NCBI RefSeq assembly: GCF_000485595.1
Contig: NW_014577087.1
Coordinates: 1,023,801 to 1,043,800, forward strand
Direction of reading: 5' to 3'
DNA: 20,000 nucleotides
DNA from: Priapulus caudatus
Lineage: Eukaryota
Each line of letters opens with the position of its first letter. The stretch's first letter is position 1. Of this stretch, positions 10,031 to 20,000 are shown one piece after another. The position numbers were made by a program, and so were the translations under genes. The notes below the pieces were generated by a model. That model was not told the origin of the DNA. It did no database searches and saw only the letters and a program-made list of their open reading frames with translations.

Positions 10031-10905
10031 TTAAGTGGAAGTAGAAAGAACTGCTTTAATTAGGACCGTCATTTAACTTAATTTTAATTCGGTGAATTAT
10101 CGGCGCGTTAATATTAAATTCCGAATTTTTATGAAGCCGTGCGATGCGTCCGTCTATTGTTGTGCACACGACCCCCTAGCCTGCTTAATACGTGTTTCAC
10201 TGCAGGAACTCAGACTTCCTACATAAGGTCGGGTGCTCATCATAGAAGAAGAAAACAAAAAAGGAAAGCACAATTCAAACAATACCCATTTATTTAGTAC
10301 AAATTAGTGTATACGTTTCTGTATCACGAAGCCTGTAATGAACCTACCAGAGAGTCGCCATTTCTACAGTATTTTAAGAAATGCATCGGCTCAGTGCGTA
10401 AGCATCCCTCGGTCGATATATTTTATTCATGATCAAAGCAATTTTATTAATAATTAAAACTCTGCAGAAGTATGCTTCATGTGAGCCTAGAAAATATGCG
10501 TGTTTTTATCCGTCGTCGCAGATTTCCAATCGCCAGGCGTCGCCACAAGCATAACAGCATTCTAAGGCTTCATGTGGTGATTGAATCGTACTCAGTGTAT
10601 CATCCATCACACCTGCCCTTGATCACGACACCGCTGAAGCTGAAGCAAGGTAAGTAGAAACGCTGCAAATTCACATTTCGCTCATTAACACTTTACCGCG
10701 CAGCCCCGTCTTTTTTCGGCGTCAAAAACAAGCGGGTTACCAGCGATATGTCTCTTATACCCACAGCTTAATTAAAAGTATATATATATATAGGAGCTTT
10801 CTATAATCGTGTGTTTTCTTCCATATTTGTAGATAATATATATATATTATCAGGAGTCATTATCAGTTTATTAGTTATTATCATTTGTCATTATTAACTC
10901 CTGAC

Positions 10906-11009
<104 letters not shown>

Positions 11010-11938
11010 ACTATAAGAAAGCGTTTTAGAAACACACCCAACACGAATATAGTACTACGTATAGATACGGAGGAAGTGCGTCCCTGTACATCCGCGTATC
11101 CATATCCTCTATATTTTGCACAGAGTCATCAGTGCTAGTTTCCAGTCACGCCGCGTCGACTACACCGGTGTAAGCTGTCAAGCTGTCAACGCCTCGAAAT
11201 GGGGGACCAGCCAGATGCTGCGTGAGTATATGTAGAATTAAAGATTCATAGAATATGTAATAATTTCCATGTAGTTACATTCAGTCAAGCGGGCTTACCA
11301 TGCAGAAGTTTATTTATGAATTATACTTTCACGCAAGCCGTACCTTGTATAAATAAATAAATAAATAAATTTATTTATTTATTTATATATTAAATGTGCA
11401 TATATATATATATATATATATAATATAGTATATATATAGTTATATATATATTATGTAATGACGGAATACCAACACCGACGTACACTATATATGTAGTTGT
11501 TTAAGGCGCTTAATTTTGTTACTGTTTGCTATTGAATTGGCGTTTTTTTTTATTGTCATCATCGTCTAGTCAACTAGTGGCATCTTAGAGATTAATCTAT
11601 AGACTCTCTGATCTAATTCGTTGGCATATGTACTCAATACCGCACTAGTATCCCGTCTCATCTGGTTTGTGGAAAAGTACGGGCGATTTTAGCTGAGATA
11701 TATATGATGTGTTCAACAGTGTTGATCGAAGCCGGCGTTATTTAGTTAGCGTGTGACGAGTGAATGTGTATCTACGCCTTCATCATGCTTTATGAAGCAA
11801 TATGTGTCACTGCTATGATATCACCACATTTATTACGCGTATATGTATATGTGTGGCGTGGTGTGTGTACTTTGCAGCGTGTTGGGTGTGGGTGTATATG
11901 TATGTGTGGTGTGTGGCGTACATGCGCGGGCGCGCGCA

Positions 11939-11959
11939 TGTGTGTGTGTGTGTGTGTGT

Positions 11960-12018
<59 letters not shown>

Positions 12019-12036
12019 CGTGCGCGCGCGTGTGTG
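11939..12036. repeat. (GT)n microsatellite with (GC)n flanks
   Basis: Seen directly. Confidence 0.95.
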
Positions 12037-12680
12037 TTAATGTATGTACCAGCTAGGTATACTGTGCGTGGTCCGTGTGTATGTGAGGCGGGCGCTTATA
12101 ATTTCGTGTAGACGTGCACGCTTGTGGGGGCGTAGTAACTCATTTACGACGTGTATATAAACCGTAAATTTTCTTATCGGCTAAACAAATCGCGATAATG
12201 TAGGACTTATAATTAATTAAGCAATAGAAGCTCGTATGCTAAACGTTCTTATAACATACGTGAGCGTAGTGTATTGATAAACAACAATTAACTTTTAATA
12301 GTATATATATATATATATAGGCAAAATGTCTTCTATTATACTAAAATATTATATATACTCATCTATATTTCAAGTAAAATGTATTGATTAATAAGTTTTT
12401 GGGCTGGTATAATGGCTCACACACACACGGCGCCGTCAGTCATCACGACCAAATGACCTCATTTCATCTTACGGCATGGTTGATAGTAAGTGTGTGGGGG
12501 TGTGGGGGGCGTTGCTTCGACCACCCCGCGTCTTCGCAGCAGTGGTCTGTCCGCGCGCGTATTTACACGCCAGGTATATCTAACAAACAAGCCGCCCTTC
12601 GACTTCGTACGACTTTTTCTGTTTAAACTCGTCGGTCCATTAGTCCCCGCGTCTCCGCGGTGTACGCCGACTATGCCCGC

Positions 12681-12688
12681 TATAAAAG
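12681..12688 (+). promoter_or_regulatory. TATA box of the Ig-domain gene
   Basis: TATAAAAG in GC-rich flanks, 93 nt upstream of ATG 12774; repeated at 19763-19770 in the duplicate. Confidence 0.6.
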
Positions 12689-12773
12689 GCCTAGCCTCCC
12701 TGACCGAAGGTCTCATCCTGCGTCCTGCGGCCAGACCTAACTGATCTTGGTTCTTCTCCAGTAAACAGCCATC

Positions 12774-12790
12774 ATGTCGGACAAATCGGC
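12774..12790 (+). CDS. Ig-protein coding exon 1 (MSDKS-A, 17 nt)
   Basis: gccatcATG Kozak-like context, donor GC|GTAAGT; phase 2 matches the acceptor at 17550. Confidence 0.72.
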
Positions 12791-13204
12791 GTAAGTACAC
12801 GCATTTCTACGTATAGCCTATATATATATATTATATATATCCATGCATGCAGTTTGCGTAGTCAAAACATTGAGCCGTGCTGTCGTATTTATATACGTTA
12901 CTGTATTTATATTGTTTAATGTATTTAGCTGTAAAGGGTGAAGAATATCACAACTTGCATTGACTCTCATGCAGCGTGCGCGCGTGCGTGTACGAATGTG
13001 CGTGCGCGTGCGTGCACGTTCAGTAGATAGATAGGACGAGCAGGATTAGAAACCAACATACAGTCCGCGCGTGTTTGGTCTACTCTTAGTTCATTCTTCA
13101 ATAGCGAGTGCGAAACGGAAGAGAGTGCGGGAGGACGCGAACACCAGAGAGAACGAATGGGTAAGGCGTGAAAAGAAGAGAGGTTATATTATAAGAGCAA
13201 TTAT

Positions 13205-13254
<50 letters not shown>

Positions 13255-16200
13255 GAGAGAGAAGAGAGAGGCGGAGAGAGAGAGAGAGGAGAGAGAGCGA
13301 GAAAGAGAGAGAGAGAGAAGAGCGAGTGAGTGCATAACCCCAGTGTGCATGAAAGATATAGAACGAGGGGTGAGAAGAGAAGAAAATCCAATGTAGAAAC
13401 GCGCATTGGCTATGGCTATTGATCTCTCAATAGGTTTGCGTAAAATCGATTGTTTCTAATACGTATAGTTGCCATTTCTTTCCAATTTTTCCTCCCTCCT
13501 AACTCCATTACTACATTATTATTAACCGCGACTTATACATCATGTAAATCATGTAGTTATATCCGCCCTGCCATTGACATATTTGATATCGGTAAATTCT
13601 TCGATGTAAATGGACCTTTTTCATTTCTGAAGCCGCCCTTGCGAATATCATTTGTCGGCCTAGTTGGCCTTTATGACTGTTGAGAATCGCCGCTAATCCT
13701 TCATGCAATGCTCAGGTCTGACTCTCGCCTCCTTCTCCGCGTAAAACATACTGATTGAACCATACGGTTAAGTTAGCAATCAATCCCAGAGGCACGTGAA
13801 TAATTTAGCGTCTAAACATTCTATAATTGATAGACAACACGAGCAGTGCAATTACTTTAATAGCTAGTTCATTTAGCGTTTGAGCTCGTAGCCGATTGTT
13901 GGATCAGCAATCAGGAACCTTCCAGGCGAGTTCCGGGCGTGTACGAGTATAAAGTTAAAAAACACAGCAGTGAATTAAACTAGCGCGGGTGCCGGAATGC
14001 TAACGTCTTCTACTTATTCTTCTTCGTCGTCATCCGCATTCTCTTCCTCTTCTTCCTCCCCTTTCTTCGCCGTCTCCTCTTCTTCCGGTTCCTCCCCTCC
14101 TCCTCTTTTTCCTCTTCCTACCCTTCTCACCATCTTCATAATTTTTCCATCTTTTTCTTTTTCTTCTTCTTCTGCTTCTTCTTCTTCTTCTTCTTCTTCA
14201 TTTTCTTCTTTTTCATGTTCTAGCTCTTTTTCTTCTTATTCTTCTTTCTAGTCTAGAGTGTGCTAAAAGTCCTTATTTTACATTCGTCGCGTCTGTCACA
14301 GGACTGACGACAGCTAAGCCTTCGTGAATGACTTAGCGAGTTTTGACGAGCTAGGATTGACTTTCGGCAGATATTAGACGATCCCGCGCATTGCTATCAC
14401 CACTAGACTGATTTATTATATTATTTATGATTTATTTTTATTTTGTTTGTTTTATTTATACGTGATTGGCGCTGATTGGCTAGACGTTGTGCACACATGG
14501 CTAGCACACGTACACACACGCACGCACGCGCGCGCACAAACACACCCATGCACACAATACACTCCCATATATATATATATATATATATATGCTCTCTTAG
14601 CTCTATAGGCAATCGTAAGGAGGAGTTCTACAGCGCCACGCTGTCACGTACAGCTAGGTTAGTGCTGCATTACTCGTCTGTTTCCGTCTCCAGGTCCTTT
14701 ATCGTCGTCCCATCACCCTTTTTTATCGTCGTTTTCCTGCATACGCCCATCCTACCGTCTACACACACATGCGAGTTTTTTTCCAAGCACTGTGGTTCGC
14801 ATCCAAGGTGATATCTAGCCGAACGTAACAATCCCGTATAGGGGCGCGTATGCTACGGTACCCAGGGTTGGGCATGCATGCACACGGCTCCGTGCACCGT
14901 GGACCTTTTCACGTGTACGCGTATAGCTCCGTAAGGGGCTCGTCTGAGTACATTGTCGTGCACGCCATTGTCCGACGTCACGGCTATTGATCACGAAGAC
15001 ACGGACCGTACAAAGCATGTTGTCACGTAGCTGAACGGCTTTGAATGGATTGCTCCCACCGCCTGCCCCGCCCCAGCGACTGACGGTACTTCCGGTGGCG
15101 TTCAATTCCGCAGATGCGGTGGGAAGGAACGCGTACAGTAGTACCAGAAGTGAATAATGAAAAATATGTCATTATATTCACTCCTGGTAGTATGCTTGAG
15201 TGGTAGTGGTCGTGTGGGGCGGAGGGGAAGGGTTGTAACAAACACTTTAGGGTACGACCACCCTGATGCTGCTGCTGTGCACTGAGCCGCCCATTCTCCA
15301 AACCCTCGGTAAACGCGTTAGACACGCGATGTCAAATGCAGGCCATTCAGAGAAATGCTGCATAAACGCATCGGTAAGGTTATATCAGCAGATCAATGTG
15401 GTTAGAGTCAATATGTAGACATTTATATGTTACGCTGAAAATTTTCATCTTAGTTCACACTGATTTTTTTATTATGAAACCGGCCGTCGTCTATTCGGAT
15501 TAAAGTTCTTCTATAGCGAATGGCAATCAATATGGCTCTCGCGTTGACGGTTGGAAACGTCTGGGACGTGAATTGTTGATTCGCTCAATAATTAATAATA
15601 AATTTGTCGTGCCTCTAGTTTTTCTTTGGCGTTTGATGGAGTTTTCTCGAATAACAGTGAGCGCCAGTGCGCAGACACAGTACGGCATTATTAATCGTAA
15701 GCTGATAACGCTTTCAAATTAAATTTCACCGCATTAATAATTAAACGTGCTAATTCGTGTTCGTTAATTATTCATGCAGTGGTGGTGCCAGCCGAGACCA
15801 GCGGCTCCGTGTTGTTCTTGTCATGCTGCTATGCGTGCGTGTCGGCGCGCGTGCGTAATTGTAGGTAGCAATAAGCTAACCAAACATCGTGTAAAAATTA
15901 CTTAACCAAAAATTATTTCGCATAGAAAAATCGTTAAACGTGCGCCTTTTTTCGTACCGATCTTGTTATCAAATATATAGGATAAGTCAAAATTTAATCT
16001 AGGATTATTAGCAAATTTTGCATGCTACACATTTATAGAGATTTAGATCGATCTAGATTTGTTCGTGTCTCGCAAATGATTTGGAGGCAGAGAGGTGTAG
16101 TCGTGAAACAAATGCTGTAGGAATACGCTATACGAATATTTAAAGAGGTTTTACATTATTAACTCGCTCTGCAAATAATTAATAGCGGATTGGTCCGTTC

Positions 16201-17286
16201 CTCTATCATGGAATCGTGGATGTGTTTTTGATTGATTTGGCTAAAACCATGCATCATAGTTAATATGATGGATTGTGTAAGAAGTCAGAATATTAATTCT
16301 TTCTTGATGCGAAATGTCGCATTATATTCATTAACTATACTGGCTTTCAGTCGAGGACTCGCCAATACAGACAAATCTGCGGGTAACACATAAGTAGAAT
16401 CGTATTGACTGTATAGAGGCCTCGTATAACAAGTCCGTGATACCAACGAGTTATTATGACGAAAACTATTAAATGTGTAATTTCATGCCGAACGTGTCGA
16501 AATGACATTGAAGGTGTTTCCCACCGTGATACACGCATATGATGTGTTTATTATTGAATGATTAATCGAAATTAGATTAGAGCGGAATTCGTATTTCATT
16601 TTTGTTAAAAGAGTGCCGCATTTATAAATTATAAATAAATATCTACCATAATAAATTTCGACAAAAAAAATCACGCCACTGGCAAAGTACCGCTATTTAC
16701 CTCGTGAGCTATACCGCAGTAACTCGCACCGATAGCCACTCTCAATGTCCTGTAGACACGCAAAGTTATCAAGTGTATTTACCTTCGGATAACGCATATT
16801 TAGATTAGCTAACCGCGCCTAGATGTTTAAAAGGTTAAAACATGTACGGGAGAGAGAGAGGGGGGGGGGATGGGGTGATAGTCGCCAAAATAAATCACTC
16901 GAATGTATCTCATATAGCAGTAGCCGATAGATCGAGGGCGTTACACGCGCGGCCTGTACGGATGGTTATCGGTACGTGTACGTATACGCGGACGTACGGA
17001 TATTACAATATATGCGCACAATAAATCCGTGTTAAATTGGACCCGAATGAGCGAGATGTTAAGCAAAACCTTGTAGCGACGAGGATGGGATTCGAACCCA
17101 CGCGGGCAGAGCCCAATGGATTAGCAGTCCATCGCCTTAACCACTCGGCCACCTCGTCCTCTATCTGCAAATGTGCTCGCGGCGACTGGTGCTTCTAATC
17201 GAAGCCAATTACAATAAGCGAACGTGACATGTATCTACGTAATCTAGGATATAAATATCGCCGATATATCGCCGTGATTTTCCAAC

Positions 17287-17337
<51 letters not shown>

Positions 17338-17378
17338 GCAGCAGCAGCAGCAACTGCAACACGACCACTACCACCACC

Positions 17379-17434
<56 letters not shown>

Positions 17435-18660
17435 CCGAGAGCCGATAAAATAGAAGTAAGAATCGAGGAGGTGACATCGACTCGATGAGATATCATTCAC
17501 GCAATGCGAAATACTGAATCGCGACATTTCCCCCTCTTTGCCGTTGCAGACCAAAGTTCTTCAAGGATCCTGTCATGCGTGACGAGAGTGAGAGGATGGT
17601 GATGGTGTGCGCTATCACCGGCAAGCCAGAGCCCAAGGTGACGTGGCTGCACGGGGAGCACGAGGTGAAGAAGGACAAGAAGGTCAAGATCGACAAGGAC
17701 AAGGAAAAGGACAAGGAAAAGGGAGAGACCTACTGGGAGCACACACTCGTGATCATGGTAAGTACGCGCAAATGTAAGCAGTCCAGTTCTACATACCCCT
17801 AGCTGACCGGTCTGTACAGGGAAACCTTTATATAACGGCCACTTTCAGGAACCGACAGAAGGGTACCTCATAGACACGTGTCCGCTCTGTAGGAGTGGTT
17901 TCACTGTGTGACTGCAGTCAAGGAAACGCCAAAACGTCATTTGTAGACATGTGTTCGTTCTATGTAATGGATAATGAACCCGGGTTGAACTGCATATTAA
18001 CATGCGTTCTGCCGCCCCTGTGATTTACGTACGTTGCATATGTACGTAGTGAATGCCAACCAGTACAGCTTAACATGTGCCAAGATAGAATTATAGATGT
18101 GTGGGGGATTCACCTGCCGGATGCTGGCGTCCCAACACGTTAGAGATCATAGACACCATGTAGATTGAGAGGTTAAAATGCAACAATAAGGATGGTGGCT
18201 GGTGGAAGATGTTGGGCAGTAGAAACGATGGCTCACGTGGGTGATCGCACGTACGTACGTTCTGAGCAGTGATACTCGTGGTGTGAGAATTCCGCGTGTT
18301 CTATTACATCGCTGTTGCTATTGTCTCTCCCGTAGGAACCAAAGAAGGAGAATGCCGGCAAATACAAGTGCGTGGCGAAGAACGAGCTGGGAGAGCTGAC
18401 AGCCAACTTCACTCTGAGCATTGGCGGTAGGTGACACCACTGTCGTTGGGGGAGGGGGGTATGTGGCGAATACTACACTTCATATGCGTTTGATTCGAAT
18501 TGATTAATTGGTTGTTCATCGATGATGCTGTGTGATATGTGCACGTGTGTGATGTACGCACACACTTGTTTTGGCAGCGCCTGACGGGTCCGGTGACATC
18601 ACCCCAGAGTTCGTCGGCAAGCCAGAGATCGTTCAGGGAGACAAGAAGATTACGCTGCAG
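12774..18660 (+). CDS. Twitchin/UNC-22/projectin-like (or DIM-1-like) I-set Ig-domain muscle protein, first four coding exons; 3' partial
   Basis: Exons 12774-12790, 17550-17757, 18336-18426, 18578-18660 join in phase to give MSDKSAPKFFKDPVMRDESERMVMVCAITGKPEPKVTWLHGEHEVKKDKKVKIDKDKEKDKEKGETYWEHTLVIMEPKKENAGKYKCVAKNELGELTANFTLSIGAPDGSGDITPEFVGKPEIVQGDKKITLQ. It has the I-set signature (C..G.P.P.VTW; L.I...AG.YKC.A.N..GE), no signal peptide, and resembles recalled UNC-22 N-terminus (APRFTQKP...YKCTARNQLGESNANINL...PSFVGKPRII). Confidence 0.8.
13209..13320. repeat. (GA)n microsatellite
   Basis: Seen directly. Confidence 0.95.
14005..14248. repeat. Degenerate (CTT/CCT)n polypyrimidine tract
   Basis: Seen directly. 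Confidence 0.9.
17077..17158 (-). tRNA. trnS-GCT: tRNA-Ser(GCT), 82 nt
   Basis: Minus strand GACGAGGTGGCCGAGTGGTTAAGGCGATGGACTGCTAATCCATTGGGCTCTGCCCGCGTGGGTTCGAATCCCATCCTCGTCG: intact cloverleaf with long variable arm and A/B boxes; TTTT Pol III terminator about 10 nt downstream (aaaa at 17065-17068). Confidence 0.97.
17288..17435. repeat. Compound trinucleotide repeat (CAA)n(CAG)n(CCA)n(CAA)n
   Basis: Seen directly; intronic, between the tRNA and exon 2. Confidence 0.95.
17550..17757 (+). CDS. Ig-protein coding exon 2 (first I-set domain, strands A-E)
   Basis: ttgcag|A CCA AAG ... ATC ATG|GTAAGT. Confidence 0.9.
17817..17906. mobile_element. Possible degenerate Tc1/mariner-type MITE
   Basis: TA|CAGGGAAACC...ACGGCCAC at left; GTGTCCGC...GGTTTCACTG at right; right TSD reads TG; may extend to about 17992. 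Confidence 0.4.
18336..18426 (+). CDS. Ig-protein coding exon 3 (EPKKENAGKYKCVAKNELGELTANFTLSIG)
   Basis: ccgtag|GAA ... GGC G|GTAGGT; F/G strands of an I-set domain. Confidence 0.92.
18578..18660 (+). CDS. Ig-protein coding exon 4 (start of second Ig domain)
   Basis: tggcag|CG CCT ... CTG CAG|GTAACG; PEFVGKPEIVQ. Confidence 0.87.
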
Positions 18661-18667
18661 GTAACGG

Positions 18668-18671
<4 letters not shown>

Positions 18672-18721
<50 letters not shown>

Positions 18722-18802
18722 AAGAGGGAGAGAGAAGGAGAGAGAGAGGGGGAGAGCGAGCGAGAGGCAGAGAGATAGAGAGAGGGAGAGAGAGCGAGAG
18801 AG
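18672..18802. repeat. (GA)n microsatellite after the exon 4 donor
   Basis: Seen directly. Confidence 0.95.
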
Positions 18803-18803
18803 T

Positions 18804-19091
18804 CGTTCTTATACGTTCAAACTGGAGCCGGGCAGGCTGACAGCACGTGTGCATGGTAAAATCTGTGATCTACATGCTTCACTTCGCTCACAGCATCACG
18901 CCACAATTCCCAGCTATGCTAATGTATGGGCAAATGGCGCTGCGACGTAGGTCGCCGTTGACTGCCAAGATAATATTTTTCGGCCGTTCTTATACGTTCA
19001 AACTGGAGCCGGGCAGGCTGACAGCACGTGTGCATGGTAAAATCTGATCTACATATACTTCACTTCGCTCGCAGCATCGCGCCACGATTCC
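18804..19091 (+). repeat. Direct repeat of about 107 bp (18804-18910 and 18985-19091), period 181
   Basis: cgttcttatacgttcaaactggagccgggcaggctgacagcacgtgtgcatggtaaaatctg... occurs twice. Confidence 0.9.
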
Positions 19092-19390
19092 GAAAAAATT
19101 CGCGCCACGCTAAGCTGCTTATCGTGGGTTTCCTTCATCGTCGCTTCGTGATTACGGCCTATCCCTTTGCGATATTATCATCGGCGACGCGGGCGCTTGT
19201 TTACATTTGTGCGCACATCCTGTATTCTAAAAATTCCTACACAGGTGTTGGCTCATTACATACTTTACCAATGAACATTTTTTTAATTAACTACTACTAC
19301 ATATTAACGGAGCCCTGTTACACGAGTACGAGTACGTATAGCTCTAGTACTATAGCCCTTCGCTCCTTCCTCCTGCGACGGCTAGAGACT

Positions 19391-20000
19391 GTATATATAT
19401 ATATAGGCAAAATGTCTTCTATTATACTAAAATATTATATATACTCATCTATATTTCAAGTAAAATGTATTGATTAATAAGTTTTTGGGTGGTATAATGG
19501 CTCACACACACACGGCGCCAGTCCAATCACGACCAAATGACCTCATTTCATCTTACGGCATGGTTGATAGTAAGTGTGTGGGGGTGTGGGGGGCGGTTGC
19601 TTCGACCACCCCTCCGTCTTGCAGCAGTGGTCTGTCCCGCGCGTATTTACACGCCAGGTATATCTAACAAACAAGCCGCCTTCGACGTTCGTACGACTTT
19701 TTCTGTTTGAACTCGTCGGTCCATAGTCCCCGCGTCTCCGCGGTGTACGCCTACTATGCCGCTATAAAAGGCCTAGCCTTCCTGACCGAAGGTCTCATCC
19801 CTGCGTCCTGCGGCCAGACCTAACTGATCTTGGTTCTTCTCCAGTAAACAGCCATCATGTCGGACAAATCGGCGTAAGTACACCGATTTCTACGTATAGC
19901 TATATATAGTTATATATATCCATGCAGTTTGCGTAGTCAAAACATTGAGCCGTGCTGTCGTATTTAATATACGTTACTGTATTTATATTGTTTTAATGTA
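19391..20000 (+). repeat. Second copy of 12301-12923 (promoter, TATA box, exon 1 at 19857-19873 and start of intron 1); runs off the window end
   Basis: Colinear near-identity by eye, starting at gtatatata...ggcaaaatgtcttctattatac; differences are mostly 1-bp indels. Confidence 0.95.

Larger units (their letters stand above)
12301..12923 (+). repeat. First copy of the segment duplicated at 19391-20000
   Basis: Same sequence as 19391-20000. Confidence 0.95.

Noticed and set aside
11350..11390. (TAAA)n/(TTTA)n palindrome
   Set aside because: Two abutting simple repeats; common and uninformative
11764..12111. Cys/Val-rich ORFs
   Set aside because: Translation of the (GT)n microsatellite
13071..14251. 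Arg/Glu-rich and Ser-rich ORFs
   Set aside because: Products of (GA)n and (CTT)n repeats, with no splice or homology support
15329..15379. ATG...CG|GTAAGG as an alternative first coding exon
   Set aside because: The open ATG frames end in phase 0 or 1, but exon 2 requires phase 2
17195..17554. Poly-Leu/Val/Asn/Thr ORFs
   Set aside because: Translations of the intronic trinucleotide repeat

Overview
Eukaryotic (invertebrate-like, intron- and microsatellite-rich) genomic DNA with two divergently oriented spliced genes. Minus strand, 7840->634: a CEP83/CCDC41 (centriole distal appendage coiled-coil protein) orthologue. I traced 14 GT-AG coding exons in continuous phase (697 codons); the stop-containing exon is unresolved or lies outside the window. 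Plus strand, from ATG 12774: the first four coding exons of an intracellular I-set Ig-domain muscle protein resembling the N-terminus of twitchin/UNC-22/projectin (DIM-1-like also possible), with a TATA box and an intact antisense tRNA-Ser(GCT) in intron 1. Its promoter and first exon (12301-12923) recur at 19391-20000+, downstream of exon 4, joined at a (TA)n tract; this is a recent tandem duplication or an assembly artefact. Introns and the intergenic region hold several small mobile elements identified by TIR/TSD: a hAT-Charlie MITE resembling mammalian Charlie4z, two related 9-bp-TSD (Mutator-like) hairpin MITEs carrying TTAGGG repeats, a TTAA-flanked Kolobok-like element, and a tRNA-derived Meta-type SINE. 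I found no convincing new biological system. Homology statements come from recall of known sequences, not from searches.
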